A stretch of DNA of 64,000 nt from Felis catus (Eukaryota), in the NCBI RefSeq assembly GCF_018350175.1, contig NC_058368.1, positions 208,074,001 through 208,138,000 of the forward strand, given 5' to 3'. The position numbers and the translations under genes were made by a program. Below are positions 61,222 through 64,000 of this stretch, in pieces. How positions within the stretch are numbered: position 1 is the stretch's first letter; each line of letters opens with the position of its first letter. The notes below the pieces were generated by a model that was not told the origin of the DNA, did not search any database, and worked only from the letters and a program-made list of their open reading frames with translations.

Positions 61222-61460
61222 ACTAATAACAAACGTTTATTGTGCATTTACTATGTGCCAGGCATTTTGTAGACATTTACAAAGTAATCCTCACAATAAC
61301 CCTATTTGGTAGATATTATAATGATTATTATATAGAAATGAGGAAACTGAGGCACAGAGATGTTATATAACTTGGCTTGATCACTCTGCAAGAAGCAGTA
61401 GAATCAGAATTCCATCCTAAGCTGCCTGGGGGGCCAGAACCCACACTCTTTGCCAGCACA
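61222..61460 (-). mobile_element. MIR
   Basis: 'aacgtttattgtgcatttactatgtgccaggca...taatcctcacaataaccctat...aatgaggaaactgaggcacagaga'. Confidence 0.85.
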
Positions 61461-61695
61461 CCACACTCCCAGAATCCAGGCAAATGATACTCAGCATCTG
61501 AACTAAGGCAGTGCATGGAAATAGAGAGGAAGGTATCAAGTCTCCTATTTCTGAGATTGTACAGAATGTGGGCATGAGTTGGAGCTTAAGAGTGAGAGAA
61601 ATAGAGGGGCCAGAGAGAACGCCCCCATTTCTTACTTAGGAGACTAAGTAGGTGGTGAAACAGTGAGCAGAAACAGAATATAGGAACAAGTTTGG

Positions 61696-61922
61696 GGGGC
61701 GCCTGGGTGGCTCAGTCGGTTAAGCGGCCGACTTCGGCTCAGGTTATGATTTCGCGGTCAGTGAGTTCGAGCCCCGCGTCGGGCTCTGTGCTGACAGCTC
61801 AGAGCCTGGAGCCTGTTTCAGATTCTGTGTCTCCCTCTCTCTGACCCTCCCCTCTTCATGCTCTGTCTCTCTCTGTCTCAAAAATAAATAAACGTTAAAA
61901 AAAAATTAGAAAAAAAAAAAAA
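61696..61922 (+). mobile_element. CAN-SINE, young felid type
   Basis: CpG-rich body, long A tail, TSD gaacaagtttggg (61684-61696 / 61923-61935); sits within L2-like sequence. Confidence 0.96.
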
Positions 61923-63136
61923 GAACAAGTTTGGGAGGAAAATGAAGAGGTTTGTTTGGGAAACATTAATTTTGAGGCAGGATACGCGGCACCAGGCAGA
62001 GATGAGCTGTCATCATTAAATATGGTACCGAAGCTCAGAAGAGTGTGGGGCAGAGACAAAGCCAGGCTGCGCAGAAGGCCAGAGGGCAGATGCAGACAGT
62101 GAGGTGAGAACAGGAGCAAGGACAGAATAAGAAGAACCCCACCCTTCAAGGATGAGATCTAGCAGGAGGAGCCAGAGAAAGACTGAGAGGCAGTGATAAT
62201 GGAGAGAAAGGTGTCAGGGAACAGAGGCTTAGAATGAGTTAAAACTGGAAAAATTGGGAGACGACTATGGCCACTTCTGCTGTGGCACCTCCAGCCACAT
62301 AATGACTTTGAGAAACCAAAACCTCCGCTTATATAGAGGCATAAACATCGTGTATCACCAGCATCGCCGTGGGGGTACAAGGACGCATTGGGTGGAGGCA
62401 GAGAAGTAGAAATGAACTTCCCCAGTCATGGCTCTCATAGAGTGGACCACATTTATACTGATTTATAACTACAGAACTGCTAATGAACTTGTGAAATAGC
62501 AGGTTCCCATAAATGGAAAGAAACAGTACATTGCTTCGATTTACAGGAATTACTTAATTCCAAACATGGTAATGAGAAAGATTTAAAAGTAAAATCTTCT
62601 CTGGAACACTCTCATACCTGGAAGAATGGCTTATTAGTTTCACTTCTTCTGCGATCCACAGTAACACTATTACATTTCAACTGCCTGTAACTAGTTAGAA
62701 TAATAGTATAAATATTTGCATAGAATTCCCCAGGTCTTTGGATAACTTAGTACAATAGCATAATTTTTTAACATGTGAATAGCTTGAAGCTACACAGAAT
62801 TTATTAGGAAATAGTACTAGGAATAACCCACATGCATGCTCTGTAGTAGGGGAAGAAGAAAATACTATTGCATCTACAATACAATTTCAGGGTACCTGAA
62901 ATTGTTAAGGTATGTTGGGACGGTGTTTGAAAAGGGCTCTATGGAAACAAAGCTTGGAAACGTGGGATTAAATAATCTTAATTTTTTTTCTCATTGCAGG
63001 GCTTCTGGGAGCCTTGAATGTGTTGGTTTACACTTATAGCTCTAGATAGATGTAGTACACAGCAGTCCCCAAACTTATCTGACCATAGATCCCCATGGTT
63101 TTTCAAGAACACATGACCTACTTTATTGAATGTCCT

Positions 63137-63730
63137 ATTGGTAGATTGTATTTCTGTTCAGAATGTTTGCTGCTCCTACTTTATAGGATCCATTTTCTTA
63201 AATCTTTTTTTTTTTTAAAGTTTAATGTTTATTTATTTTTGAGGGAGAGAGACAGAGCATGAGCAGGGGAAGGGTAGAGAGAGAGGGAGACACAGAATCT
63301 GAAGCAGGCTCTAGGCTCTGAGCTGTAGGCACAGAGCCTGACACAGGGCTCGAACCCATGAACTATGAGATCATGACCTGAGCGGAAGTTGGAGCTTAAT
63401 CGACTGAGCCACCCAGGCGCCCCTGTATCCTTTTTCTATGGGACTATCTTGCCCTACTCCACTGAACATAGGAGCCATTATGGGACCTACTGTGGCCAAC
63501 GTAATGTGGCTACAAGTCACGTGTGTCACTTTTGAGCAGACACTTCAAGAACTAGCCTGTAGTCCACAGCTAACAAGACCAGCTATGCCAGATAAAGAAT
63601 GTTCCAATAGCGCAGAGGTCTAGAGTGTCCTGTGATGAAATGCAAAGACATAAGGAATAAACCGTTGACATTGTAAACCATTAATGTTTTAGGTCATTTG
63701 TACCACAGCTAACTTAGCCTAAGCTGACTC
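63137..63730 (+). mobile_element. Degraded MaLR LTR (MLT1H/I-like), interrupted by a SINE
   Basis: 'tgtggccaacgtaatgtggctacaagtcacgtgtgtcacttttgagcaga' and terminal 'aataaacc...ttgtaaaccattaatgttttaggtcatttgtaccacagctaacttagcctaagctgact'. Confidence 0.65.
63203..63424 (-). mobile_element. CAN-SINE, felid type
   Basis: Body ending gagccacccaggcgcccc; TSD-like atcc(a/t)ttttct. Confidence 0.94.
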
Positions 63731-63930
63731 CATCCTTCCTCTAAGCATTTCTAAATTACATGGGCCCGACTGCTTTTATAGGTGTACTCATTCAGTTTCA
63801 ATTTTATAAATGATGAGATATTCTTAGAATTCCTCTTTAGGTTCAGAAGGTGAAATATATAGATTTAGATAATACATATTTCGGAAGGTGACATATACAT
63901 ATTTATATAAATATATAGATGACAGGACTT

Positions 63931-64000
63931 AAATGGTGCTCAAACTCTTATATGCCTACAAAATTACCTGGAATTTTGTCGAAAATAGACATTTCCAGGC
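63931..64000. mobile_element. MER5-like element cut by the window edge
   Basis: 'aatggtgctcaaactcttatatgcctacaaaattacctggaattttgtcgaaaatagacatttccaggc'. Confidence 0.55.

Noticed and set aside
1..64000. CRISPR arrays, operons, NUMTs, non-retroviral viral inserts, CpG-island promoter, snRNA/rRNA genes
   Set aside because: None recognised. The DNA is mammalian, there are no regularly spaced repeat-spacer units, and CpG richness is mostly confined to young SINEs. Short or diverged exons could still be missed without alignment.

Overview
This is non-coding mammalian genomic DNA from a felid. The evidence is about 24 tRNA-derived CAN-SINEs with felid-type (SINEC_Fc-like) sequence, plus carnivore-type L1 3' UTRs. 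I cannot support any intact protein-coding exon, RNA gene or CpG-island promoter, so the window is intergenic or deep intronic. The ORF track consists of SINE/L1/ERV remnants and chance ORFs. Main content: (i) many SINEs, most with readable target-site duplications (TSDs); (ii) a TSD-flanked carnivore L1 at 6.3-8.45 kb with an internal RT deletion; (iii) an ancient LTR cluster at 13.3-15.8 kb, made of MLT1, an internally deleted ERV-L provirus (LTR16-type LTRs, recognisable RNase H/integrase remnant) and LTR33; (iv) a near full-span ancient L1 at 24.7-31.3 kb carrying a stack of younger nested insertions; (v) MER/Tigger/hAT DNA-transposon fossils, MIR and L2 fragments, and microsatellites. I found no new biological system. 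The most notable items are retrotransposition oddities: an antisense SINE-in-SINE, a tail-only insertion with a perfect 17-bp TSD, and an unexplained 17-bp direct-repeat pair. Repeat subfamily names come from recalled consensus sequences and need RepeatMasker/Dfam confirmation. Boundaries of old elements are approximate.
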